Part shown: positions 13,101 through 26,500 of the stretch, piece after piece
How positions within the stretch are numbered: position 1 is the first letter of the stretch
Layout of the letters: the number at the start of each line of letters is the position of its first letter
Assembly: GCA_021432655.1 (NCBI GenBank)
Contig: MU271326.1
Span: 1-64,000 of the forward strand
Direction: 5' to 3'
Length of the DNA stretch: 64,000 nucleotides
Source: Atractiella rhizophila
Taxonomy: Eukaryota
Notes under the pieces: generated by a model
What the model was told of the DNA's origin: nothing
The model's input: only the letters and a program-made list of their open reading frames with translations
Database searches by the model: none
Program-made: the position numbers and the translations under genes

Positions 13101-14220
13101 GACCTCGAAATCATCCCTTCCTTTTCCACTCACCCAGGACACACGCCTCCATTTGACTCCTTCATCACTGATTCAAAGGAAGAAGCTCTCCAGAACTTTA
13201 ACGAACTGAAGGAAGACGAGGGGGAGATCTGGATTTTTACGGATGGCTCGAGGACAGAGGAAGGGGTAGCTTGTGGCCTGGCTATGACGAATCCAAAGAC
13301 GGCGGCAGGATATAGGCTTAGCAACTACGATGACAACACAGTTTTCGAAGCGGAACTCATGGGCATTGATCGCGGCCTGGCGTTGAGCATTGCGCTCAAT
13401 AACTCACGAGGAACACTCTCCTCGGTCCGTATATTCACGGATTCCCAGGCAGCAGTCAAGAATTTGTCGAAAAAACCCAAATGCAAACCGGGAATCGGGA
13501 TTGTCCTCAACATCATCAAATTGGCCAACAAATTTCGAGACCTTCCCGGTATGCTCCGTCTCCCTTCACTGGATCCCTGGGCACAACAACATCAAGGGCA
13601 ACGAACTCGCAGACACAGCCGCAAACAAAGCCACAGATCCAAAATCAGCTCAAGGTCACATCAGAATCCCACGAAGCCCCTCCGCTCTCAAAGCAATCAT
13701 CACCACCGACAAATTCATCCCCAAGGTACCCGCCCCTCCAGTCTCTTCCGGCAAACACCACCGCTCCTTAGCACGGCACTTATCCTCCGAACAGACCTTC
13801 GAAATGCTAAAGGAAATGCCACGAGCACAGGCATTGATCTTCGTCCAACTGCGATCTGGTCACATCTCTAACAACAACTACCTGCATCGAATAGGGATTG
13901 CGGAAGAACCGAACTGCGACTCCTGCGGCAAGAGGGATACGGTCACCCACCTCTTTTTTGAATGTGAGGAGCATGAGGAAGAAAGAAGAAAACTTAGAAG
14001 GAGACTTGTGAAAAAGGATGTTCGTTTCAGATCCCTGGACGACCTGCTGAGCGAACCGGAGGCGACGCAGGCGGTATGGGAATTTATTAGACGGAGCGGG
14101 AAATTCAAGTTATGGATCACAAGGGTGCAGAGGGTTTTGGATAGAAGGAAGGCAAAAAGGAAACAATCGGCGGAGGCAAGAGGAGAAAAGGACGACAGCA
14201 GGGAGGATTGGGAAGATTAA
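10180..14220 (+). CDS. LINE ORF2: AP endonuclease, reverse transcriptase, RNase H, CCHC finger (frameshifts near 13040 and 13540)
   Basis: ILIQEP, GDFNLHH, TIDLIF, SDH; YRPIALL, LDVKGAF, GLAQGSPLSPIL, FVDDI; IFTDGS, IFTDSQAA, HWIPGH..GNELAD; CDSCGKRDTVTHLFFEC. Confidence 0.95.
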
Positions 14221-14613
14221 AGACAACAAGTTACGTCCACATTTTTCACTTCCGAACTGAGGCACCTTTTGCAGGAACCCAACGCACGACGGAGGTCGGA
14301 ACTCATCCCACCTACACACGGGTCCCCAAGGAGGAACACAATCCGCCATTCAGCATCTTCTAAGCATAATTTATCTCACACAAATAGCCATCGCGATTCA
14401 GTAACCCCCCACTCGGTCTTACTTCTACTAGTGCCATAACATTGTAAGGGGATTGTTGGGGGCCTTTTTCTTTACACATTACACTTATACTTCGCTTAGT
14501 TAACCCATTCATGGCCAATTTCGCCTCGTAAACCGTGTTTCTTTTCAATAATATGATATCCCCCAGAATGTAGAGCTACATTGACTATAGTCTGACAGCT
14601 CTGAAATATGATC

Positions 14614-14638
14614 ACAACAACAACAACAACAACAACAA
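14614..14638 (+). repeat. (CAA)n tail of the LINE
   Basis: ACAACAACA run; the same tail ends the LINE fragments at 27231-27246 and 31925-31946. Confidence 0.9.
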
Positions 14639-14830
14639 ACTCAATACAATTGATTTCACAGTGAAATTTTGGTAGGAAGATGGCATGATGTCCTTTATGC
14701 TCAAGCAACTCCTGCAATTGAGGTTTCTGTTCAAGAAAATCAAACCGTTTGGCCATTGGGTGGAACATTCCGCGAGCTCGCTATGAATACAGTTCGCAAC
14801 ACAAGCAAGCATCTTAGAACGACGTTAGGA
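14639..14830 (-). mobile_element. Tc1/IS630-like DDE transposase fragment, cut by the LINE tail
   Basis: DFLEQKPQLQELLEHKGHHAIFLPKFHCEINCIEF matches the fungal FLPKFHCELNxIE transposase motif. Confidence 0.7.
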
Positions 14831-17800
14831 AATTACCAAGCTAGTTAAAGGCAGGAGGATACATGAAATAACGAACCTGAAAGACAAGAAGGTTCTGGAC
14901 ATTGCCAAGAATGTTCGAATAAGGGCAGCCAAAGGTCATGTCCATCTGTGAAGATTGAAGAGGCGGGAAAGCACGGCGTTCATCCGATTCCCCGAAAGAA
15001 GAGAAACAGAACAACGAGAAACAGTAGAAGTGTAGAGCGTGCGGGCTACTCGCATGGTTCAGGGTGGCGAAGGTTCGTGAGTAGCAGCGATGGTTTGCAG
15101 TCTCGGAATTGCTATCATGGTTTGAAGCGGCTGCGGCGCCGGTTCGACAAGGGAGTTCAGATATGAAGGGTACTGTCCAAACTGACGCAGTCAGTGTAAC
15201 CAAGGAGATGACGAGGCAACAAAAATTATGTGAACCGGATACCGAGTGTGTCTAATGGGGAACATACTGAGATGTGTACATGGAAGCAATCACCATCTCA
15301 TCCCAGAAAAAGAGGAAGGAAGTATGGAGGGAAGAAATTGGCAGAGGAAATGCAATCAGGGTCTTGTAATCGACTGTCGCAACGAATGCTCAGTCCAACA
15401 AACCATCTGGTATCTCCAAAATGAGGTATGGACCTCAGGATGTGTGCTTTCTGATCCAACGATCACAGTCCATGATCCATCAACGGAAGATGAAGATTCG
15501 TGTCGTCATCGTCCTTACATGCGCTGCCGCCATTCGCCTCAGTTGTAGGAAAAAGCGCCGTTTGTGGAAAGCTTTCTTTCGCGAGGAGCGTGGAGCAGCC
15601 GGGAAGGATGAGCGCAGAGGCCGGTCAGGGTCCATGTCGTGATTTCGACCAACCACAAAGCTGTTCAAATCGAAGGCGTGAAAGAAAGAAACGAACAAGG
15701 TTAGTGTCCTTAAAAGCTTTTGTAAAAGCACGGGAAGTTGAGCCAACGTATAGGGTTTGACTTATTTGTTGTGACACAACCCATCGATCAGTTCCATCAG
15801 ACTCCTTTTAACCCTGCTCAGGGTCATGTTGCGGCCATCTCCTGTAGATCAGTTTTCTACGATCTGTGCTCCTCCTTGCCCGCCGCCCCTCCGCCACACC
15901 GATGTATCCTTTATGGTCCGAAAACAGGGTCCTGAAAACACTGCCCTTAACGGACGAATGAGCGTGCTCGAGGGTGACGTCCTCCTCAAAGTCGACAATA
16001 AATCCCTCAGGGTCGAAGTCATCTGCCTTAGCGGAAGAATGGAGAACCAGCAATTGCAGCTAGTGTTGCAAAGAGCCATGGTTGATTCTGGCGTGGATCA
16101 AGATGGAGTCGAGCAAACTGAGTCTGGAACTGGCAGCACTAATAGCAACTTCAGCAAGTTGGACCTTGATCAGTCTTGGTGAAGAGCTTCATGGCTCTAG
16201 CCGTAAAAGCTCTATAATTGATCATGAGAAGAGGAACACCTTGATCAAGAGGAACACCTTGATCAATGTGCTTGGATGGGATGGAGCCTGTACATCCTAG
16301 CAGGTCCCTACGAAGCAGGCAATGATTCACCGTACTACTCAAGCCCATCTGACCACCACGCCTGCGACAACACACTTTCTGGGACTGTTTCCGACAGTGA
16401 ATGCGCTTCAGTGACAAGAACTTAAGCCCAGCATCTCTGATGTAAATGATGAGGCATTCACCATCAAAACACAATCTCTTGTTCCCTCGGCTCCAAGCCT
16501 CTGGAATAAGTCAGATTGGATATAACCCGAGCTTGGACCTGGCACGAATCGAAACTTGGAGTGAGCCGATAAGGGGGCAAGCGGACTGTGAAGTGATAAT
16601 GCTAAAACACATAGTTGCATAAGATACTAGGAATACCATAAAACATAAGGTAGCATACCTAAAACTAGTCGCACGTCTAACGGGTGCGAACAGAGTCAAA
16701 TAGCAGTATCTCTGTGACAGAAATAAGTGACAAGAATGCGGACTAAGAAGGCCTAAGCCTACCTTCTAGTCCGGGTGCACTTATACGATAACAGGGGCTC
16801 TCGAAAGGGGGAATGGTAAGGAACCTGAAGAGTGCCCATTGGCATAAGTAAGATGTAAGAAAGTAAAAGGCTACTCACCTCACACGCTACAACACTGTGT
16901 AACGATTAAAAAGATGCTACGAGTAAAAGACAGATGGTGGTTGTGTGTGAGGGAGAAATGACTGAGACAGATTGGAAATTGGACACGGAATCAGATAAGT
17001 ACTTCAACGTAAACATTGCACATTAACAATACTTCCAACTGTATTACATTGGACCTCATCTTCACACAAAAGAATAATTGCTATCCCATCATCTCTGCCG
17101 TTGGTGGATTGGGAGCCTTCAGGGGGCTCTGAAACTGCAGAAATAACGACCAGACTCCATATGCTCTCCCTGTTCCATTCTCCACGCTGTTGCCTGTCTT
17201 TTCTAATTCATGACTTTGTTCGACCTCTTCGGAAGGAATCCACTGGAGATATTCTAATGGGTTGTCGGGAGATGGAGAGAGGAGAGAGTGATGTTCTTGG
17301 AAGGAGCAGGATAGGAACTGGATGGGAGGTGCGATTGCGTGCCGAGAACGCATGGAAGAAGATTCTGAGGGTTGATGGGGCCCAGGAGGAGGATTATTAT
17401 GAGATGTGGGACGGTGAGGGTGAGTTCTAGCCTGGAGATGTACCATTGCTGGACTTCAAGGATAGAACGGATGGAAAGGCGACTCGGTGCACAGACTCGA
17501 ATATGGATCATGATGAAACAGCAGGGAAGGTAAGATGATGTTACATAATCCTTCTTCAAGTTATCCGGTGAGACTGAGAGGGAGGTTGCCATCATTCATG
17601 TCAATGCTGCTTACCCACATGCAGTCTCCATTTAAATGATTTCACTCACAGATGCTATTACATATAATTTCTGGACCCTACACTCCTTCTTCAGAAATTC
17701 AGATGCTGTCGGATCCATAAGGCATTGACACAGTTTTGTCTTTTGCGAAGACCGCAAGCCCGCCCGCGACCGTACCTCGCACGGGTATCCCCACGGGGGG

Positions 17801-18689
17801 GGTGGGAGTTTCCCCGTGAGACGAGGACGGTGCGAGTGACGGTCTTGATTTCGAGGATGACGATGACCGTGGTCCACCGTGGGGTTGACCGTGAGCATCG
17901 ACGGGGGCACGGGGGGCACAGGGGTACGGAGGAACTTGCGAGGGAATGGCGAGGTTGCGAGGGGATGGGGAGATGGTAGGAGCATTAGGCGGAGGGAAGG
18001 AGGACTGATGGTCAGGCTTATATGTGCCATACTGTACGGTCCATTTTTTTTTCTTTGCAATGTGTATCGTGTATCCCGCCCATCATGCCCGCCGTCCCTT
18101 CCGCTGACCCCGCCCCCAATCAAGAGCCTGTTGCTCCATCCAGTAATGTTGTGGACCTTACTGGCTCTGCCCCCTCCCCCCCTGAAAAAGCGCTCTCGCT
18201 CGTACTCCGATTCTGAAGAAGACATAGTTGGTGTTGACGACGTTGAAGATGCCGGCTATGGGTAGCATTTGTGAGGAGACCACCAGAAGGGATAAAGAGT
18301 ATTGTCGGATACGATGCTATCGCAGGCTGGTCTGATCGTGAAATCATCGGTGAGTATTCATGTTGATTGGATGAGGGAAATAGAGGTGATGCGGGTTTGT
18401 GGCTACAGACCTTACACGTTGGAAACAGTCTGAGTGCTATAAGCACTTCAAACTGGTGCCAGTGCTGGAGCGAACAACATTTTAGAAGAGCACTCAATCC
18501 GGAAACACTGGTGACCTCCGCATCAGGTACACCTGGACATGCAAGCATGACCCTTCGCACAAATTTAGCCGCTTCCGCGATCAAACCAGCACGAAGGACA
18601 TAACAGCAGATGTCAAAAAATGTGTGGTATGCATCTCTTTCGCTTTGAGCTGCAAGAGCCTCGCTGAGTATCTGGCATTACCTAGGCAA

Positions 18690-20967
18690 AACTTGTAAAG
18701 AAGCAGACAAAGCTGGCTGCCACTGGAGACACAGTGACAGTATCCGAACAGTTTTCACATGGGGACAGGACATTTGCGTCTCGAGTCTATCATGTCCTTT
18801 GGTGCGCTACGAAGGCCCGACCCAACAGTAACACAGGCGCTAAAAAATGTTCAGTTCTTTTCGTTGGGTCTTGACGGTTGGACATCACCAATGGGATATT
18901 CTTATGTGGCAGTTCTGCTTTATTACTATGACAGCGGCAAGATGAGACATACGGCATTGGGCTTTGTAAGGTTTGTTTTTCATGAATTGGACGGAGCATT
19001 TCTGATTCAAACTGAAGGATGGCGGAGTCGCACACAGGCTACAATCTCGCAAAGAACATTTATAACCTTGTGGTAGAATATGGACTAGAAGCTAGAGTAC
19101 GTTATTTCTTTTCATCTAACTACAATTATTGAGTTTAGTCTTGGATTTTCTGTGTGATTGCTGACAATGCCTCCAACAACAACACTTTCGTAGAAGCTCT
19201 CGCGGATTATCCAAGCATGGCTGCTTTTCAAGGGGAGAAAATAAGGGTGCGATGTTTTGACCACATATTGAATCTGGTATGTGATTTGCTTGCCTTTCCG
19301 GAATGTGAGCTCATCTGATAGATAATTTTTAGTCGCTTTGGAAAGCCTCTCACTAAGAGGAGTACAAGGACAGGAACAAACACCGTTGAACCAGATGAGC
19401 AAGCCCTCACAGAGTTGGAGCAGGAGCTTGCAGATGAGGTCGCGGAGGCACTGGAAGGTGAAGTTAAGTCCCTTCTACTCATTAATATGGTGCGATCATG
19501 ACATATTCCCAGAGCGGGGGAAGTTTGCATTTGAAGATGGTGTGGTAGAAGGAAGTGGAAAAGAGATTGCTCAGAAGGAGACCCATGGGCCTCGTCCTAT
19601 ACACGTACCTGAGAAGGATGCAAAGCAAGCTCGCTTTACACTCACCAAGGTACGTTCAACCCAACTTTACCTCAAACTGATCTGATCTGATCGTGAGGAA
19701 GCTTACTGCTGTGTCCAAATGTGCTCGAGACGGCGACAAGATCTCGGCTGCTCTGGTCCGAACCATCAAAAATGCAAAGGAGCTCAATCCTGATGGACCA
19801 TTGAAAGAGGTAGATGCAGACCTGAAGTTGATTCGACACTGTCCTACAAGATGGAATGGTAAAGATGACATGATTGAGAGGGCACTTAAAATGGAGCATG
19901 CTGTAATTCAGATTTGTGCTGATCCGACACTCAATCTGGAGGTCTGCAGGCTCACCGGAGCAGAATGGAAGATCCTGAAGGAAATGCGGCCGACTCTTTC
20001 CATAAGTATCTCTCTCTCCAGCCTTGCATAACTTGTTCTAACTTTCAAATAGATGGCGAAGAACCTCACTTTGGAATTTTCCAAGATGGACACACCAAAC
20101 CTTGGAGAGGTTGTCGTTCTCTTTACCAACATTGCGATGTACCTCTCTCACATTTATGAGGAGTACCAAGACCCTGTCACAAAAAGTGACAGTCAAACCA
20201 ACGGCGCATAAAGCCATTCAAGCTGGCGCTCAGATTGCACACAAGGTTTTGGACAAGTACTATCTGAAATGTGCTGACCACTCGCACATCTACATTTGGG
20301 CTCTACGTATGTCACTTTGTCCATGATTCTTACTGACGGGGTTTGGTAGTACTTCACCCACAGCGGCGCATGAAGTATCTGAAGATGATAAACTGGGACA
20401 AAGAATGGATGAATGATGCGGAGAAGACTCTCTATGACTTTTGGGATAGATATTACAAACCGGATGTTGCCGACGCTTCCAACGAGACCGTTGCTGTGTC
20501 CTATCAAGAGGTATTCATTTTCTGATTACAGGTGCAATGGTAACGCATAGGGAGTAGGATTTTGATACTCTGGCACAATATAACCCTCAGCTTGCCGCTT
20601 CAGGCATAGAAAGTGCATCCAGTGGCGCTGAGAATCCTGTCAAGATCTTTATCCACGCCACAGCGGATCCATTACGAAAAGATCAATGGAATCTGGGTTT
20701 CGAAGAAATTGATCCGCATCGGTATCACTATCGACTGTTCAAGAAAGCCTCCGACAACATTGAGAAGAGCTTCCATCGATGTGCCATGGACATATGTGCA
20801 GTACCAGGCAAGTCTACTCAGATTCAAGTTCTTGAATGAGTTCCGGGTTGGCTAACATGACCACCAGCACACACACTGCTGACATCGAACGCAGCTTCTC
20901 GGACGGAGGAGAAATTGCCACTTTCCTTCGGCTTTTGATGAAAGATGAGACCTTTCGCTCACAAACA
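18690..20967 (+). mobile_element. Degenerate intron-containing hAT transposase gene
   Basis: SLGLDGWTSPMGYSYVAV, RCFDHILNL, IRHCPTRWNG, VLDKYY, LHPQRRMKY, TADIERSFSDGG; ends at an assembly gap. ACGG/CCGT-rich DNA at ~17760-17930 may be its left subterminal region. Confidence 0.85.
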
Positions 20968-20992
20968 NNNNNNNNNNNNNNNNNNNNNNNNN
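20968..20992. other. Assembly gap (25 N)
   Basis: Run of N. Confidence 1.
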
Positions 20993-21197
20993 GTCCTCCA
21001 CCCTTATAACCCACACAACCGTCGGCACCAGCGACGCATCCATGTTACACGATTTCGTGACCTCCTCTGGCTTCTACTTCGACTCCTTGAGTTGTACGAC
21101 TTTAAGCGGCAGCAACAACTTCATTAACTTTCGCTGCAGACGGAGCTTGAAGGGGTTGTCAAATATTCCTTCGCCTGCTCCTAGCAATAGTAAGCCG

Positions 21198-21462
21198 ATG
21201 CGACCTGGTTCGGATGAGACCTAGTTCTCCAGTAAAATCCTATGCGCCCTAGTTTGAGTAAGAACACCGATGCGACCTACTTTGCCAGTCAAAGTATTAT
21301 GCGACCTAGTTTTCGTGCATGCGACCTAGTTTGCCAAAGTATTATGCGACCTAGTTTTCGTACATGCGACCTAGTTTGGCAGTCAAAGTATTATGCGACC
21401 TAGTTTGCCAAAGTATTATGCGACCTAGTTTTAGTAAAGACTACGTCCACGCGACCTAGTTT
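21198..21462. repeat. Irregular tandem array of ~11 ATGCGACCTAGTTT cores
   Basis: Core recurs with a few reused linkers (GCCAAAGTATT, TCGTGC/TCGTAC, GCCAGTCAAAGTATT). Confidence 0.9.
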
Positions 21463-23572
21463 GCGCGAAACGACTGCCTACTGGCGTAGTTGCCGCGGTT
21501 TTGACTAAGATTATTTAAGACCCTTATCTTCGCTCTTTAGTTTCAGCAGGTTGAATCTTTCAACTCCTCACCGCTAGGCGGAAGCCAGAAGCCATTTGAC
21601 CAGCGGGGGTACCTAAAACGCGTTCGCCGGCCTCCGGCGTTCGCTTTTTACCAAAATGCGGAGTTAAAACTCTTTTAAACGACGGTTTTTCGTCCAGTTT
21701 TGACCAGCTGCTCAAAATAACGGCTGCTTGAGGCTGGGGAACCCGCTGCCCAGACGAAGCATGGGAATTCCTGAACGAAACTCGACTTACCATGCCATGC
21801 CATGCCCTGCCCTGCTGAGTCTCACGGCAAGGCACTCAATATCGGCTCACCTATGCAGCATAATGCCGCCGTAAACGGAATACGAATTTCTCAACACTAA
21901 CAGCCACTATAATTAGTTAAACAAGTATTCTTGTCTACTACGTCGGAAGAACTGTAGAATTGAAAATCAAAGGAATAAGTTTTGGCGAGGTTTATCGGTA
22001 AAGACCGTTTTACATTTTAAAAACAGACATAGTGCACTAGAGTGGAGTTGATAACTCGTCTAAAGGGAAATAGCGGTCAGCAGCGGTTCACAGTTTAAAG
22101 TTGGTTCAAACATAAATTATGTTCAGTTTTTCCGGTTAAGCCGTTATGACACACCCTAGTCCTTGAAATTGCCCTAGTCCTAGAAATTGTGATGTATAAT
22201 TTCAGAGGGTTTTGACATGGTTAGAGAATCTTTAAGACCTAAGTCTAAGAGGAGTGGGTATGCGTGTAAAGTGAATATTTGTGACTCTACTAATGACGTG
22301 TAGAGACATTCAATAATTCCTTTTATTCCACAACATGTCTTATCACTAAAAGACGTTTTTATATGTGTTATAGGGTTTAGAGAGAACGGGGTTAAGTTCA
22401 CATTCCAGATAGGTTAGTACAGGGCTTTACAACGACACCAGTCAGTTGTTGAGCAACCTGCCATTGGACAAACTCACCTAACATCCCTCCTCTGTTCCCA
22501 CGCGTTTTAGGCGTTTAAATTCAATTTCACGCGTTAAACTGTGCCAAAAATCCAGTGCACATTGTTCTTGTGCTTTGAGCCTGGTAGTTACGGCGACGTC
22601 AACAAAACTTACCGTAACTAACAAAGTCTTGCACTGCGCTGAAAAGAGAAAGAAAAAGTTAAACGAATAGTGAGGGATCGTAGGAGTTGTACGGAAGATT
22701 CTTCTTTTTTTGGGGGAAGAAATTGGTGGGTTCTCAATCGTTGGGTTTTTCTCTTCCTAATACGCCTCCGACATCTTTAAATAACCTCCTCCGTTCTCCT
22801 CCGACTGTCCTGTTTCTTGTTCTTCACACGATAGAGGAAAGCACTCGAGAGTGCAGTTATAACGATAGGTTTACCGTTTCCCCCGAAATGGATGTACTTA
22901 ATACCCCTGTAACTCCTAAGCCACAGTTCCTCCCAAATTCAGCGTAACTTTCAGTAGTTGTGGACTCTGAAAATTCGCTTCCTCTTCTTCGACCCGAACA
23001 TTCGACCGAATCTACCCAACCTCTAAGTCCAGAAGGAGAGGTGGCCTCCCCGAACATAGACCACCACTTCTTCTAATATCCTGCCTATGGCCCGTTCTTT
23101 ACCATGAGGGCAAAGTACTTCGCCTTGTTTCGACTTTAGTTCTCGAAAGTCAGTTTAGGAAACCTGGGTTTCGCACGGTCTCGTAAGTTAGCTTGTTTAC
23201 AGTTGAGCATAAAGTTAGAGTAACTCCTATGGTACAGTTCTATACCATAGTAGACCCTATTACAACGTTTATACCTACTCTTTCCGGAGGTCAATCCTCC
23301 TCCTGCCTTCTACCCGTCCGCCGCTCAATATCCACGACGACTTTCCTTTTTCAGATAGCTCGTTTCAGCCTATTCGACCTCGACCAGTGTGAGTAACTTA
23401 CACACTGACGTTCACCTCCTAGTGAGAGAGGAGATAAGTAGAAGAGACCATTTGCGAAAGTCTTTCGGACCAATCTCCTAAATTGCCTCCGTGTTTTCTT
23501 AGCCTATAACACGCGAGAATAACGATGACGAAAGAGTTGTGAGTGTGAAGAAGAAATCACAGTCACCAAGAC

Positions 23573-26500
23573 TTGCCTCATCACTTCAGCCTCGCGACTT
23601 CGATTGATTCCCTCCCTTCCCGAGGATTGGTTCACGCAGACCCTACCCTCCCACGGTCTCCTTCCACCGAGAACGTTGATCTCGTTAATCGAGTAACTAG
23701 GAGCAGTATTCACGCAGCGATGAGGATTGTGGGTTATGATGTAGTTCACTCTTCTCAGCATCATACATCTCATCTCGACCAGGGCGACATAAACCCTAAT
23801 CTTAGGACTGCCAACGGTAGCAGCGTGAATGCGGGAAATGGTCAGAAGACTGGTCAGCTCGGAAAAGTGGTTGACGGGAATTTTTCAGCTGTTGAGACCT
23901 TGTCTGATCCCTCATCACAGCAAGGTCACCACTGTCCTACCACGGATTCGGCAGATGTGAGTTCTTAATCTCCAACACCCAGTTTCTCAGTGTTGAATGA
24001 TAGAGGCTTGAGTGCACACGCGTGCATCATGTTCCCGAAACGGAGAGGCAAAAGCAGGAGCGTGAGCCACGCGTATCGGTCAGTATTGGGCTATCTTGCT
24101 CGAGAACGTCCTATTTAACGTGGAATTTATGAATACCCAGACGAGGGCTCTGGCGGCGAAGAAAGAAGCTGAAGAACTCGAAACGCTGCTAGCTCGTGGT
24201 TCTTCGACTCCTCGATCGCCTCCACATGTCGACCACCAGGAACAGTCGCATGGAATCCGTGCATGCAACTCTACAGTGGGGTTCGTTCATATGGAAAAAC
24301 TCGTGAGGACCAAGAGTGCAGACCCGTACCCAATGGAGAGGCCGGAGAATCACGGGGCGTCGAAAAGGTTACCTGGGCTTAGACGCCACAGTGGCGAGAC
24401 GCAGGGGGTGGAACTTATGAGTAGGATCGAAGCAACGAATCATTCAACTCCCCTTCGCGATTTAGGACGTGGAGACTTTTATAGACGTAAGACGACGAAC
24501 CTTGGAAACCCTAGCCAAGTGCAAGGAGTGGACGACGACCTCCCCAAATCACTCGTTTCAATAATGAAATCGGCTCCGTGCAACAGAGTTTGTCTCATAT
24601 ATCCAGCTGACATTGAATTACTAACTTGAAACATGGCAGCATACGATGGAAAGTATCTACAGATGAAAATTGACCGTGGTCATTTTCCCATCTTGGCCCG
24701 CATGAATAGCTTCCCCAACCTCGTGTGTTTGTTAGCGCCCCCATTCTGCGCCATTAACTTCATTGCTTAGCTCTCTGCCTCTTCGGCTGCATTGGATTTG
24801 AGACCTGAATGGTCCGCAGATAGTGGCGCAAAACAAGTCCAGAAAGCGTCCATTCCTGCGCTCCCATCCGACACCGCTTCTGCTCCTGCTGCGAACGGAG
24901 CCATCAATCCCTTCGGAGGCTCACCTGTGTGTTCCATTCGGATTTTGGCACAACCTGGTCATCTCAGCGATGTTACGCATTCGGTGACCACTGGGACGCG
25001 TGGATCGGTAATGAAGGCCGGTAGCGCATCTCAAAGGATGTTGCCTATGATTGGATTGGCGGGAGAGGACAGACGCTTGCACTCATTGACATTCGATGTT
25101 AACAACACTGCCGGCAAGAGCATGTCGGTGCCTTCTTCAACTTTTGAAGCTGACACCAATCATTTGTCTGATGTGCGGATCATTCTCAACTTTTAGCTTG
25201 CTTTCCGAAAGCTGACGTTGTTTCGTCATAGTCAAGGATCGATGGAAGTTCCAACTCTCGATTCAACGCTTACTGTATGGATCCGATATCAAACGAGGGC
25301 CAATCGTATGACCAGGACTCCCATGATGCCAAACAGAGCAGACAGGACATCCCCAACAGTCCTGGACGCGAAATGAAATGCGACCAATGCGCTACTCTCA
25401 GGCTCGAAGATCTGCAGGGCAGCATGCATGCGCTTTGCAAGGATCAATTCGTCTGCAGGTATCTTCAAAAGAAGTTGGAGGAAGGTAACCCCGAGCATCG
25501 CGATATGATCTTCCAGGAAATCTGCCCGCACTTCAGTCAATTGATAACGGACAAGTGTATGTCGTCCTTTTCTACCAGAGATCTTAGTTGACAACATCTG
25601 GAGCAGGTGGCAATTATCTCGCCCAGAAACTATTCGAGTTTTCTTCCAGCAAGCAGCGAGAAGCCCTCCTCGAGCATATTTCGAATGAACTGGTCTCCAT
25701 TGCGTTGAACATGCATGGAGCTCGAGTTGTCCAGAAGATCATGGAGCACCTTTCCACCCAGCACCAAGTTCAGATCCTAATCACCGCTCTTAATTTGAAT
25801 GTGGTTGCCTTGATTCGACACTTGAGCGGGAATCATGTCGTCCAAAAGTGCCTCCATCACCTGTCTCCAGAAAGACAACCAGGTTTGTTAGTCCTTCCGT
25901 CGGATCTGCGAATTGATTCCTTTGTCTCAGTTCATCTACAATGTCGTGGCTGCTAACTGTGTTGAAGTCGCGACCGACCGCTACGGATGCAGTATCGTTC
26001 AGCGATGCATCGATAATGCAACAGAATGGCAAAGGATTCAACTCACCGAGCAGATCATCAACCACTCGCTCACGCTGGTGCAAGATCCTTTTGGCTCGTT
26101 TCGCCTTGCCCTTCAAGGATTTATTACTGACACTGAGGAATAGGCAATTACACTGTTCAGTATTGTTCGGACCTTTCTAATGCTCGCTTGACGGAGGCCA
26201 TTATTCGCCAATTCTTGGGCTACATTTGCGCTCTGTCTGTCCAGAAGTTTAGCTCGAATGTGATTGAAAAAGCCCGGCTCCCTCTTACCTCGATTATGCC
26301 CAAGCTGATTGATGTGCCGTATAGTGGATTCGCGTTGCAGATCCCGTGGGAAGGCAGGCTATTCTCGGTGAGATCCTGGCGGATAATAACGCCGTGAAGT
26401 TGCTTCAAGATTCATTTGGAAATTATGTTTGTCAGACCGCTCTGGATTATGCCGATCTTGATCAACGAACCGCGGTATGTCGATACGTGAACCAACTGTG

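Larger units (their letters stand above)
8190..14638 (+). mobile_element. Near full-length non-LTR retrotransposon (Tad1-like, I-group LINE)
   Basis: ORF1 with zinc knuckles, ORF2 with endonuclease-RT-RNase H-zinc finger, ~400 nt 3' UTR and (CAA)n tail. 5' boundary approximate; no TSD found. Confidence 0.95.

Noticed and set aside
8243..14120. Antisense ORFs over the LINE (similar ones occur over the copia and host genes)
   Set aside because: Shadow ORFs of the real coding strand.
14841..17700. Short ORFs and an 18-bp tandem duplication (~16228-16266)
   Set aside because: No recognisable domain; probably decayed gene or TE remnants.
21198..21462. CRISPR-like array
   Set aside because: Eukaryotic context, 14-bp core, short reused linkers rather than unique spacers, no cas genes.
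17805..21838. TIR pair GAGT..CCGTGAGAC bounding the hAT
   Set aside because: Match is short and gapped, no 8-bp TSD found, and an assembly gap lies between the two ends.
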